A stretch of 63,991 nt of DNA, the filler included, from Dirinaria sp. TL-2023a (Eukaryota): the NCBI GenBank assembly GCA_051941275.1. It is 5 parts of 5 records of this genome, joined end to end, with 100 filler letters (N's around TTAATTAATTAA, not from the genome) between each part and the next. Parts side by side here need not be neighbours in the genome. Positions count along the whole stretch, not along the records: positions 26,164 to 39,123 come from JAVEBF010000724.1; positions 39,224 to 52,183 come from JAVEBF010000725.1; 3 more parts are not named here. One strand, 5' to 3'. This document shows positions 27,729-39,633 of the stretch, piece after piece; within the stretch, counting starts at the first letter, position 1, and each line of letters begins with the position of its first letter. The notes beneath the pieces were generated by a model, which was given only the letters and a program-made list of their open reading frames with translations, did no database searches and was not told the origin of the DNA. The position numbers and the translations under genes are program-made.

Positions 27729-30043
27729 AGAGATCTCTCAAAGCACGTGAATAGGATCGTCGTCAAGAGGACATGCAGTGTCGGGAGAAGTTGCAAAGTT
27801 GATTGTACGTATTAAGTGTCTTGTCACCGAAACCGGGATGAAGGATGCGGCGGTCAGTTTTCGACGAGGTGAAAGGATGTGGAGTCGAGCGAGCCTTCCA
27901 GGGCAGTTGGCGAGTGGTGAAACACGAGGGTAAGGACCGTGGTGCACCGGTTGAAGAGGTGCCAATTGCTGCAGCTAGTGGTTGAGAAGGCCGGACAATT
28001 TGAAGCGGAGGGAGAAAGAGAGTGGTGGTTGAATGAGAGACTGAGTGGATGAGAGGTTGAGAGGGGTTGAATGGATGCGACGGAAGTGTGTGAGTGAGGT
28101 GAGGTGAGGTGGTCAGGGTAGTGGGTGGATTTCAGGAGTTGGTCGGGATGTGGCAGTGGCAGGGTAAGACCACGACAGGCGAGAGAAAGGGAAAGGACAA
28201 AGTGCCCAAGTGAGTCTGTGAGTGACAAGGGCATAAAGAACCTACAGCAAGCTAAGCTAAGGTAAGCGGAATAGCGGATGCTGACTGGATTAGGTTTCAC
28301 GGCTCAGTAGGTAATTAATTGTTACGCGCGCCCCGATAATAATAATAAGTCCAGGCAAACCGGGGAAATTGGCACGCGCGTACTGAAGCAAGAATTCAGG
28401 GAGTCGGGACTGCAGCAACTCGTACTGTACCCTATCATCTATGGCTCTGTTGGTTCCGTTCGAACTCGGAAGGGCGCTTGTTTGATGGCTGATGAATATT
28501 GATGAGCCCCCCCAGAAATGCCCAAAGTAGCAGGAAGTAGCAGGAAGTAGCAGTCCCAGACTCCCAAGGCAAGCCGAAGAGTCTGCTCTGCTCTGGGCGT
28601 AAGGTAAGGTTATCCTATCCTTTGTGCACGACGGGCGAGCCCGGGGTCGAGGGGGTCTTGGCTTCAGGCTTTTTCAGCTTGAGAGGTTCTCCTTCATCCG
28701 ATCTGCGTCCGCTACTGCGATCGCCATCCACTAAGCCCAGATGGAGCCTCAGTGCCTCACTTCATTCACCAACCCCACTTTGCATTGATTTCGCAACCGG
28801 ACAGAGGCAGCCAAACGAAAGGAGGCTAACCCGCGAACGGTCCACTATCAAGACGAGAGCCTGAAGAATAATGTAGTGAGGACAATGGAATAATGATCAT
28901 CGTATAGGAGTAATAAAATGTACCTCGCTCTACCGCATTCCAGATTCTCAACTTTCAAAGATTCCGTTACAGTTAGAGGAATCACACTGCACCTGCGGGT
29001 AATGATTGGACATAGTCGCTAGATGAGCGCTTGAGCACAGTGAAAATACGTACTCCAGAGCTAGCGACAGGTTACGAGATTGTGCAGTACAGTATATTCT
29101 GCATGCAGCCCAACATACATACTCTAGAGATTACGCTAAGTGCCGAATCTGCCCCTCCAAGCCATAGGTATGTTTCTTTGTCCCGCCCTCCAGTATACGT
29201 GCAGGGCCCAGAAGCCGTTATGTGTTTCCTTTGAGCAAACAATCTACCATACTGAGAACCACGTAATGAGCAACCTTCGATGCTCACACATGGCTCAAGT
29301 CGTGATACTCAAGAAGCAATGGGAATCAACCATTCCGAACCATGCAGCCTTGTAGACTTTGCCACGACCACAGAGATATGGAACGGTACCGTACTTTACC
29401 TCTACAACCATTCGGCTATCCGTTACAATGGTTGGCGGTGCGGGCCAATGTAGGCAGGTACCCGGTTCTCATCCGGCCGTCAACCATTGAATGCATGCTT
29501 GCATGATGGAATCATGCTTTCATCCTTAATTTTCGGGAAACATGGCGAGGTAAATCAAAGGCCGTCGAGGTGAAGCGAATAACAGCTAGAAAGCCAATCA
29601 ATCACTCTCCCCGATGAGCAAAAAGCGTCAGCTTGTACTGCTGATATACAATGACCCCCAAAGCAGTAATGGAGGGCCGAATCGTCGTAGCTTACAATTG
29701 ATGCATGAAGCTGGAATCTCTTCAGTCAGGCCCACTATGGGCTTTTGTATCCGCTAGGCTTAGCGGCAATCAACTATCCCTTAGGAATCCTCCGGAACTC
29801 AGGGTTTGCCTTTACTGTTACACTCTTGTAATTTGGATAGTACCTAGATTGTATTATCCCTGTTTTGGACACGACACCTTCGGTCTGAGACGAGTTCTTT
29901 CCAAGATCAGGATTTGGGAACTGGAGATGGCCAGCCACGGTATGTTCATGCAGCTGCCTTGCGGGCCGTGGGAGATGCTGCGATATCCACGAAATATCAT
30001 GTTCGAAAGCGAGGCGTTGGGAACGGAAGTGAACTTTACCCTT

Positions 30044-30739
30044 TCAAGATGCGTACGCTTCTTCGGTCTTCACATCACGTGCTATACGCCCTTCTTGACG
30101 ACGAACTTGCTTCTCGACGGCAGTCATCCTCTTTTCCCACTCGGTCCAGCACTCGCTCGCACCAAGAACGCTCAGCTCGTACCATCTTTTGATGAGCGAC
30201 GCACTGCGATGCCGCAATGCCGCCAATTCACGGCCTTGCGACTCTTGTAGCAGCTGAACACGAGCGATGCGGGGCTGTAAATCGATCAGAGCCGCGGATG
30301 ATTCCGCAGAGGGGACCGGAAGGTCTTTAACAGATGTCAGTCGAGAGGCAGTGGTCGGATATGATGTTGCATTAGAGTTGATTGTGGCAAGGAGCTCGGG
30401 AGGTGACAATGTGGTTGGGATTTGATTTGGGCCCACAGCGTGGAAGAGGTCTGGAAAAGCAGCATCTGGCCGATCATTATCATCACACTCTCACAGTCGG
30501 ATCATTAACTCACGAAGTGTCAGGAGATCATTGACCGCAGGTAATTGTGAAGCCAGCCTGGCCAGGTTGCTCTCTATTTTAGCAAGTCGTGTAGCCAGGG
30601 TATCATCGCGTGTATGTATATTCAGCCTGTCCGATTGCTCTTGGCCCTCATCATAGCCTGTGAGAAGGAACTCGATCCTTCGAAGACGGTACTGCAGGAG
30701 ATTGATGGTCTCGAACGCGGTTCTGTTGGTAGCCTCCAT
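30044..30739 (-). CDS. ro-10: Nuclear distribution protein RO10 / dynactin p24-like subunit, 2 exons
   Basis: TINLLQYRLRRIEFLLTG, YPTTASRLTSVKDLPVP and RWYELSVLGASECWTEWEKRM motifs typical of fungal RO10. Confidence 0.75.
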
Positions 30740-31381
30740 CGTCATCGTCATCGTCAGCCTCTGCGGCCGCCTGAGGAATGGAAAGGTGAGATGTGTTGTT
30801 TGTTCCTGACAGGATTTTAGCGTCCCGAGGTGAGCGGCGTCAATGTGTTTCACTACTCCGTACTGGCAGGCTGCAGGAACGGACGCTTCCCACCAACCAC
30901 AATTTGCCAAAGCAGCGTTTGAACAGTCGCTCGCAGGTAATTGAGTCTACGTTTCACCACGTTGCTCGTTCCGAATGGTCTACGGCGCACATTAATGGTC
31001 GAAGGCCTACGTAAGCGGTGGAGCTTGTTTCGGCCCTTCGCTCTCAGCTCATCTTCAGCTACATGTATACTAGACCAGAGTACTGCGGCGCTGGGCCTTC
31101 CAACACAAATTCGACCCCCAAATGGCCCATATCGCTTCGCGCCGCCATCAGAACAGGATTCCTGACATGCTGACCGGCGTCCTTGGGCGACCCTTGGCTG
31201 ATTTCTTCGCCGCATTTGCTCCCCGAGTATGAGCTTCTCTCTTCGAAACAGTTTGCTTTCGTTCCTTGGTGCTCATACAAAATGGATGACCATCGCCCTC
31301 TCCACATTTCTTTTCTTAATCTGAATTCGCTCTCTTCGTACGGTCATACTCTCGCACTGGTTGCTTCTTGAGATACCCAAT

Positions 31382-32514
31382 ATGTTGAGCATCTCGCTCG
31401 CTCTCTTTGCCTCTCTTTTCTCGCTCCGAACCCTTGCTGCTCCGCGAGCGCAATATTACGGAGAACGGTATAGACACCACACTGGCAGCATCATTCAATC
31501 TCCTGCTGGGAGTGTGGCGGTTACGACAGTTGTGGTCACGACTACCGCCCCCTTCTTTCCGCCAGGCACCGCACCTACAGGTACCGGAGTGACCGGCAAC
31601 CCAGCAAGTGGATTAGCTCCAGTCTCGTCTCCATTTTCGGCTCCTGTCTCGCCTTCAGTCTCAGCACCAAGCTCTACTCCAAGCTCAGGAGGTTCGACAG
31701 GTAGTGGTGGTGGCAGGCGAGGCTTGGCCTACAATTCCTCATCTCCATCTTTGGACATCTTCAACGGAGCTTCCGACATTGGCTGGGGTTTGGACTGGTC
31801 CTCAAGTCGTGGCCAACTACCGGGTAAATACAAGTTTGTGCCTCAACTGTGGAGCGATAATCCATCGCACACCGGTTCGTGGGACACGGATGTTAAAAAC
31901 GCGCAAGCATCCAATCTGTTGTCATTCAATGAGCCCGACATCCCTAGTCAGGCCAACATGCCGGTGGCAAGTGCTGTCGCATCGCATATAAAGTGGATGA
32001 ATAGCTATGCCAGCGATTCCGTCAAGATTGGATCTGTGAGCGTCAGCAACGGGGTCAGCCAAGACCCAAACGCTCCAATGGGCCTCGACTATCTCAAGCA
32101 GTGGCTTGCTCAGTGTAAGCAAGCAACACCTGCACCCTGCGTTGTCGATTTCTTATCGGTCCACTGGTAAGTCTACCCCCTTTTGGTCTGCATCGTTTCC
32201 ACCTGCGTGCGCAGCGTTAACATTTTCCTAGGTATGGCTGTACAAATGGTTGCGCCGTAGCGGACGATCTAGCTGCATTCAAGCAGCACGTATCTGATGC
32301 CTTAGGAGTCGCAAATGGACTACCACTATGGATAACAGAATTCCAGCACATCGGATCTGAATCAGATCAACAGTCATTCCTTTCCCAAGCATTGACCTGG
32401 TTGGACGAGCCGGCTCAGTCCGGCGTGGCGAAGTATGCGTATTTCATGGTGATAGATGGTTATATGACGACCGGAGGTAGTCTGAATTCTGTAGGAAATG
32501 CGTATGCATCATGA
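31382..32514 (+). CDS. Secreted glycoside hydrolase family 128 (ASL1-like beta-1,3-glucanase); intron 32167-32231
   Basis: Signal peptide, Ser/Thr/Pro linker, RRGLAY, FVPQLW, catalytic FNEPD and WITEF, VHWY and YAYF motifs. Confidence 0.88.
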
Positions 32515-34617
32515 CCTCGTCATGGAGTATGATATATGTATATACAGGTTAGGTAGACGGTATCCAATGCTAGACCAAGTGCCTTGACGGGTGTTACATG
32601 CAGTTCATCGGATACCATAGACGTTTTGAATGTGATTCCAGGAGCGAAGACGGCAGTGTTTCGGCTTCAAGTACGGGTTTCTTTTGGTGATGCGAAGATA
32701 GGGTCTTCTTCTGTTGCGACTTCGGCGACCAACGCAAAAATTCAGTGAGCATTGGGACGAGCATGACTAGGGTGTGGTCACCAGAGCGGAGTCTGAGGCG
32801 AACTACCCTGCTTCAATAAGAATATCTCTTGCACAATGGCATCAAGATGAGTCATTTCATCCTGAAATAAATATCTTCGGCTGGAAAGGTCGCAGCCTAG
32901 GAGATCTCTATCATATGAATGGGAACTGTTTCAAATGGTTTGATCGGGACGGCTTGCAGAGAGATCAGTCAACAGTCTTAGTTTAGAAAACTTCGACGAC
33001 TTATGAGACAGACATTTTGCCAGTGCGATCGTCAGGACCCTACTCCATGCTCTGGCCGGATGCTAATTTCAGGTACACCAGCAACTCATAGCAACCACAC
33101 GTCAATGAAAGGACAATGGGCTGGGCCACACATTTGGAGCGCCATTGTTCAACTGGTAAATCATTAATTTGTTACAACATTGAGACAACCTGGAGACAGT
33201 GGAGAGAGAGTTCACGAACGAGTATCCATTCATGCTAGCGCGTACTTTACCTTAGGATAGCCCAGGATAAAAAGGAGTCTCCTCGGCTGCGTGGGGGTGG
33301 TGGGGGGAGAGGGCCCAGAGAGGGCGAGGGGTCTAACTGGGCCAGCCCTGAGAATCCCGTGACAGCGCTTGGCATCAAACCGGGAAAATCTCGAAATAGA
33401 CCAGGCGCCCTAACTTCGAATGTCTATTAATGTTTTTGCAGAAGCCTTCATGACAACTCCTCAAAAGTGCGGCTCACTACTCTATCACAATGTTGGGGGA
33501 AGATTTCGATGAGACTTGGAGACTGACACAGGATGCAGCCATTTCGGAGGTAATCCTTGCCCAGGATGGCTACATTCCAACAGTTATGCCGTCCCGTGCT
33601 AAGGCATCCCCACCGATGTTGATCTCTCGGTATTTGGAGGCTTCTCTTTTCTCCTATTCATGCGCATCTCGCGGATGGCTCTCTCTCTCTCTCTCTCTCT
33701 CCCTCCCACGCCTCCACGCTTCCTTTGCAAACATCCCACGGCTACGTCGACCTCTTGAGAACCATGGCCCGTGCGATCTAGGAGCTAGACCTAGTGTCAA
33801 TTATTCTCCGAGATCTTCGTTCAGTGATTCAGGTACCTGAATTACCACCCTTTACGGCCTTCAGCCATATGAGGCTATGTGAGACGGCTTCAATTCCCGC
33901 TGTAGTATCGTGTGGTGTTTTGAGGCTCTTGAGAACACCACCTTTGGGTCTACCATAAACTTCTATAGGGGACTCACAATGGCCGTTCCTTATTAGATTT
34001 TCTAATAAAAGTTACGAAACTTCATTCGATGCCATGAAGGTGCTGGCGTTTCTCATTCCGTTTCTCATTCCGTTTCTCATCGCTGCCTCAAATGCTCGCT
34101 GATACATACTGGACCATTTTACCCCTGGGTTACTCGATGGTGATCCTCCAAGGGGCCAGCCCGAGCTGCTTTTTCCCGAAAATTACGAATCATAAGTAGC
34201 AGGGATGGCGAATCCCTTGCAATACCACGAGTAAAGATGCCGCCTCCCTTGACAACGGCCGGCGTTGCTATCACAGCCATTTTCATCCTTCTTGAGTTAG
34301 GCCAGACCGTACGGAACCCTGCCACAAAGGTTTTCAAGGTCAAAGATCCTCATAGACGGGCTCGGAATGTTTTCACGAAACTGTCCCACTGCCCTCAATG
34401 TTCCACATTTCTTGTTTATTCTTAGAAATCAAGTAGAACTCTGAAAACCATGGGTTGTATGAAATTGCATATAAGAAGCCGGATCTCTCACCTTGAGAGA
34501 GCATCAATAACGCTATCTCTCCAATCCTCTGAAATCTCAAATAAGCCAGCTCTAGATATCAAATTTTCAAGCCCCAAAACCTCGATTCCTTACAGACCTA
34601 CCCTGAAGCTTTCGCAA

Positions 34618-35440
34618 ATGCATCACTCTGTCATTTTTGCCATTGTTGGGGCCAGCGTCTCCCTGGTCTCTGCAAGTCCACTAATAGCAGTGGGATCGCC
34701 TTCTGTCCCCGGTGTCGCCACTTTTAACAATTACACGCAACAAGGACAAAGTGTCTGTCTGGGTAAAGGAGGATCACAAAAGCCTTGTCAGTCTGTACTG
34801 GAAGATATGGTTTATTCATAACTGACATCTATTTCCAGCGAACCCAGCATACTTTGGCACCGCAATTGGAGACATCAGTAAAGATATTTCAGGCGGCCTG
34901 TGTGATGGATCCCATGGTGGACCGGATCAGTCTCCTCAGAGTTACGACGCTAGCCAATGGTAAGACCCATGCTTTTCTGAAGAACGACACACCCACAGCC
35001 ATGATTCGCTGACCAATGCCAGCGTCGCCGATGGAGGTCAACAACCAGATTTCTCGACTTATCAGGGGCCTGCCTGCCCTATCCCCCAAGGGTCAACCTG
35101 CGGTCTCTGTTTCAAAGTCGACAATCTTGGCAATATTGCCAACGCTCCCCTTCAGACACCTATCGGTACCGTGACAGTGCAAGTCATTGACGCCTGCCCT
35201 GCAGGCAATGCCCAGAATTACTGCAAGACCGACGAGGCGCCCAATCAACGGTGTCAAGATCCCACCACGAACAGCTTAGATATTGATATGGACGCCTATC
35301 AGCAGCTTACTGGGGCGGCTTATAACGATGTTGCGCAGGTGAGTCTTTTCTGAATGATAGTACCGGATGCAAAACTCATGGAACTGTAGAACAACGGACA
35401 CCCCAACCTGAACATTCAAATCACGCCCGTGGCTTGCTGA
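34618..35440 (+). CDS. Small secreted Cys-rich DPBB-fold protein (expansin/barwin/GH45-like), multi-exon
   Basis: Signal peptide MHHSVIFAIVGASVSLVSA; ATFNNY, CGLCFKV, VQVIDACP and SLDID motifs; final exon NLNIQITPVAC*. Confidence 0.7.
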
Positions 35441-36210
35441 ACATGGGGCGTAATGAAGCCTCATTCAATGACATAGTGGCTTGTAAATACTGTTGCATTG
35501 TCGGACTTGGGGCATCTGATCGTTTGTTCCGGTCATACCGGCGTTTTATTTCTCATAAGAGCTTAGGTATATTAGCCGCACATCTGGAACATAGTAACTG
35601 AATACTTCTCTTATTACATTATTATAGAAACCACTGTTTCCCTCCGAGTCCTGAGACTGTTGCCAAGACGAGATTCCCCCCATCCCTGTTCTATTACAGA
35701 CTTGTACTTTCTTTACGTCAGATATCGACACATGTTTGCATTTCACGTCTCTGGCCCCCTGCATACAATGGCAACGAGATTGCGAATGATCGCAATATAC
35801 CTACCGCCAATAGAGACGTGATTTATCACCAGAGAGAATAGTACTTGTTTCATTAGCAAGGATATCTATCATCTCTTTATATGCGTGCGTCGCGTAGTTT
35901 ATAGGACTTGATAGTAGTAGTTCTGCGCATGACATGACAAAAAAGCGGTTTGTCAAAATCCCCCTATTCTGAATCACTGGGATTTGGACTTTGGCAAGAC
36001 CGAGCTATCTCGTAAAGGTCCTTTTCGAGAGTCATTCTGAGGTGGAGTCTGGATTGAAGATTGTGTCTCGTAGAACGCAGTCTGCGATTGAATGGGAATA
36101 TTGAGAATCGATGGAAAGATCATTGAGGATGAGAGTAATCAGATTATGGTTGGAAGTTGATTGTTTTTATGATATTATTTATGTTAATATGCTGAAGCAC
36201 GGTTATGATT

Positions 36211-36282
36211 GCGCTATTGGTCCAAGGGTCAGGATTCCACCCTTCCAAGGTGGAGGTCGGCGTTCGAGTCGCCGATAGCGCA
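36211..36282 (+). tRNA. tRNA-Gly (anticodon TCC), intronless
   Basis: Acceptor stem GCGCTAT/ATAGCGC, anticodon arm CCACC-CT-TCC-AA-GGTGG, T arm CGGCG-TTCGAGT-CGCCG, and a downstream T-run Pol III terminator. Confidence 0.93.
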
Positions 36283-37270
36283 GATATGATTTTTCTTTTT
36301 TCAACATCGCGAACTGTTCTTAGCTTGTATAGATGAGATCTCTAATCTGCTCCATAAGGGTACCCATATATCCCTAGTAGAGCTTAGATATGAGGGTAGA
36401 ATCTGTACCTTACCCGAAAAGCCTCTTTACAGAATGCTAGGGTTATCTTAGGTCTTATCGACCCGACAGGATAGCAGGGCCGATTAGCGAGGCCCAGAAT
36501 GCCGATATGCTTAAGTTTCAGGAGGTTTAGGATTCTAAAATTGGTGTTTAGGTTTTCACTTCCTGGGTCTTCCTGGTCTGATCAGGTACCCATCAGGTAG
36601 CCTTTGGCAGGGGTCATGATACTGTTCAATATCACATCCAAATTTCAAGGCGGTGTCAATCCCATTGGTCATTTCTCAAAAGTTTTTTTTCCTCGGAAGC
36701 TGGCCCGCCGCTCGCGGAGCCACTACTGTTCTTTCGGAAACGGATTCTTCGACCAGCTGGCCGAGTCTCAAACTAACTCTCCCAGGACGAATGACATGAT
36801 TCAGTTTTCTGCCTGACACGAGCCTCTAACCCATTTGACTTTGAGTGACGTACCTAAAAGAGAAAAGCTCGACTCGCTCGCTAAGATGGGTCACCAATTC
36901 AGGGTTTGACAGGTTTGCTGGCAGGATGAGATGAAGATGTAGCAAGATATTACTGGAAGAGGATGAACAAAATACGCACGAATGCTATCTTGGTCCTGCC
37001 CGATTCCGCGAGCCTCTGAGATCTCATTAAAACTTGGAAAAGGCTTTACAAATCCCCAAGATAGTGATCACACGGGCAAAATGACTTTTTTCTCATAGCG
37101 TGGTGTGCGTCATCAACGTCTTTCTCTTAGATTGTCATTCGAAATGATTAAAATACCCTTACATAAGGCCTTTCGGCTCTTATGTTCATTTCACTTTGTC
37201 AAACAGATTCTAAGCCTACAGAATCCCTTTTTCCATATTCCACCCACTTCTCCATCGTTGTATTGCCAAG

Positions 37271-38621
37271 ATGGCTCCTCAAAGCAGTATACCGGTAGCG
37301 GCTAACGTGCTCGGAACAATGGGCACTGTGCTATGGTGTGTTCAGCTAGTACCTCAAATCTGGTACAATTGGAAGCAGAAAAAGACAGATGGTCTACCAG
37401 GCATAATGATGTTCACCTGGGCCACATGTATGTCCCATGCCCACTTGTCACCCCGTCAATACTCATGAAATCAACAGCCGCTGTACCCTTTGGCGTTTAC
37501 GCCGTGGTTCAGGTCAGAACCCCATCAAAAAAAGCCATTCATGCGGATAGTAGGGAAGATATTGACCTTTTGAAGAACTTCAACATCCCGATCCAAGTGC
37601 AGCCGCAGGTTTTCGGCACCTTGTCCCTCGTCAGCTGGGCTCAGATCCTGATATATCATAAGTGATACTGACTCTACCGTTTCCCCACCTGTTTTATTAA
37701 CATATTTCCAGTGGTTGGAAAGTATGGACAGCAACACTGCTGGCTAGCTGCCTTGGAGCTGCATACGGTGGCATCGAAGCTCTTCTGATCCTGACGCTGA
37801 GGGCATGACTTTCGTTTAAACCAGAATCTAAAAGTAGGGCTAATGTCGTTCCAGGGTCCTTATATCAGAGGGGTCTCATGGCCTGTGACCTTGATCGGAA
37901 TCATCGCCGCGATACTGCTCGCTGCGGGACTGATCCCGCCCTACTTCGAATTCTGGAAACGGGGCGGTAGAGTCGTTGGCATCAGTACGTCAACCTACAT
38001 CGGAATCATCAAACCATACTCTAACCAAAATAAATCAGACTGGTTCTTTCTAGGTATTGACTTCTTGGGAGCCTTTTTCTCACTCATGGCACTCGGTCCG
38101 TAGATACATATCCCCTCCTTCCCCCCCCTCCCCAATAAAAAAGGCAGGAAACGCTTGCCATATGCAGCATGTAGCTAAACCCCAGTCCCGCACAGTGGCC
38201 CAATCCACCTTCGACGTGCTCGGAGGAATCCTCTACATCATCGTGTAAGTTCCCCCCCCAACCCCCTCCTTAATCCAAAATCCAAAATCAACTAAAAAAA
38301 AACCCTCAAATCTCTCCCAGCCTCCTCCTCGAACTCGGCATCTTCGCCTCGCACCTCGCATGGCGTTTCCGCACCCGCAAGCTGCACCAGCAAGCCAAGC
38401 TCCAGGGACGAAATTTCGATGACCTGCCCGAAGCAAAGAAATACCAAATTTCGACGGATAGAGGCGCGAAGTCTGTGCAAGGGGATCTGGAGAAGGGAGG
38501 TTCTGAGGGAGGTAATGTTGGGACCTCTCCCTCTCAGGATCGGAGCGCCGCGGGGAGTCTTGGTGGTGATGGAGAGAGGGAGAAGGGGGGGAAGAAGAAT
38601 AGGTGGTGGTTTCATTTCTAA
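37271..38621 (+). CDS. PQ-loop repeat membrane transporter, multi-exon
   Basis: ANVLGTMGTVLWCVQLVPQIWYNWKQKKTDGL, IQVQPQVFG, GLIPPYFEFWKRGGRVVGI and FLGIDFLGAFFSLMAL segments. Confidence 0.88.
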
Positions 38622-39123
38622 TAAAAAAGAAAAGGGTAAAAAGCTCTCTAAATCGGTGGTTGTGGTTGGGGGGCGGAGGAACACGTCCTAGGATTTCCGT
38701 GCACACTTTATACCGTATTCTATTATATTTCCTTAGTATATAAGCCCAAAAAATCCCCCTATTGAAAGTTAGCCACAGATACAAATAGAGAAGAAAAAAT
38801 TCTTCTATATATACAAACCTATACAAATAGAAAAGAAAAGAAATCAGTACACCATCCTCGAAAGTCGAAATCCCTGATCCACGGTCACGTACCCCAAACT
38901 TTTTTCTTCCTTTTTTCTTTCCCCACTTGTGTTTGTAAAATCTTCCTGCATACATACTCTTTCTCTCCCCAACTTCTACGCAATAAAACCAGCTGCGCAG
39001 CCTGTTCCCTATTTTCTTTAAAAAAAAAAAAAAGGTAAGCAAGATCTGCCGCACAGCAAATAGATACTGTACAAACCCACTACACCAAATACTTAATTTC
39101 TAATTTAATAACGGTCGGCGCCA

Positions 39124-39223
39124 NNNNNNNNNNNNNNNNNNNNNNNNNNNNNNNNNNNNNNNNNNNNTTAATTAATTAANNNNNNNNNNNNNNNNNNNNN
39201 NNNNNNNNNNNNNNNNNNNNNNN
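39124..39223. other. Artificial contig linker
   Basis: N44-TTAATTAATTAA-N44. Confidence 0.98.
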
Positions 39224-39633
39224 GCTATTGGGTTTTTTGAATATATGTGGGTGGTTTGGGGGGGGAGATTGGATTTAGATGAGGGAAATTTCTTTCGGCA
39301 TTTTTTATTCTGCCTTTTCAAAGTTCCAAAATTTGTCGGGGCTCCTTTTGTGTGAAATAACGTCTACCATGAAATTTTATAGAAATTTTGAAACCCTGAA
39401 TTTCGACTTCGAGCCTTAAGTGCATATATATACCTTATGCAATAAATAGATTGTGCTCAGCAAGACACAGCGCAAACACTACCTGGACTTTGCCCTCAAA
39501 GAAGGCTTTAAAGAAGATTTAACCTTCACGACATGCCGCTTTGTAGACGGACAACTAATCAGTAAAAGCTATCGAGAACGGAGCTCCGCATCCTTGCCGC
39601 CTGTTTTCAGCTAGACACTTTGGTTGAAGTGAA

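Noticed and set aside
28525..28553. AAGTAGCAGG repeated about three times upstream of SHO1
   Set aside because: Short simple tandem repeat with no further support.
34047..34080. CGTTTCTCATTC repeated about three times
   Set aside because: Ordinary micro/minisatellite.
36300..36620. TA/TAG-rich stretch beside the tRNA, a possible RIP-degraded element
   Set aside because: No terminal repeats, target-site duplication or transposon protein remnants could be identified.
38233..39054. 273-aa minus-strand ORF and other long antisense ORFs (e.g. 48234-48953, 51365-52108)
   Set aside because: Low-complexity or shadow frames opposite well-supported genes.
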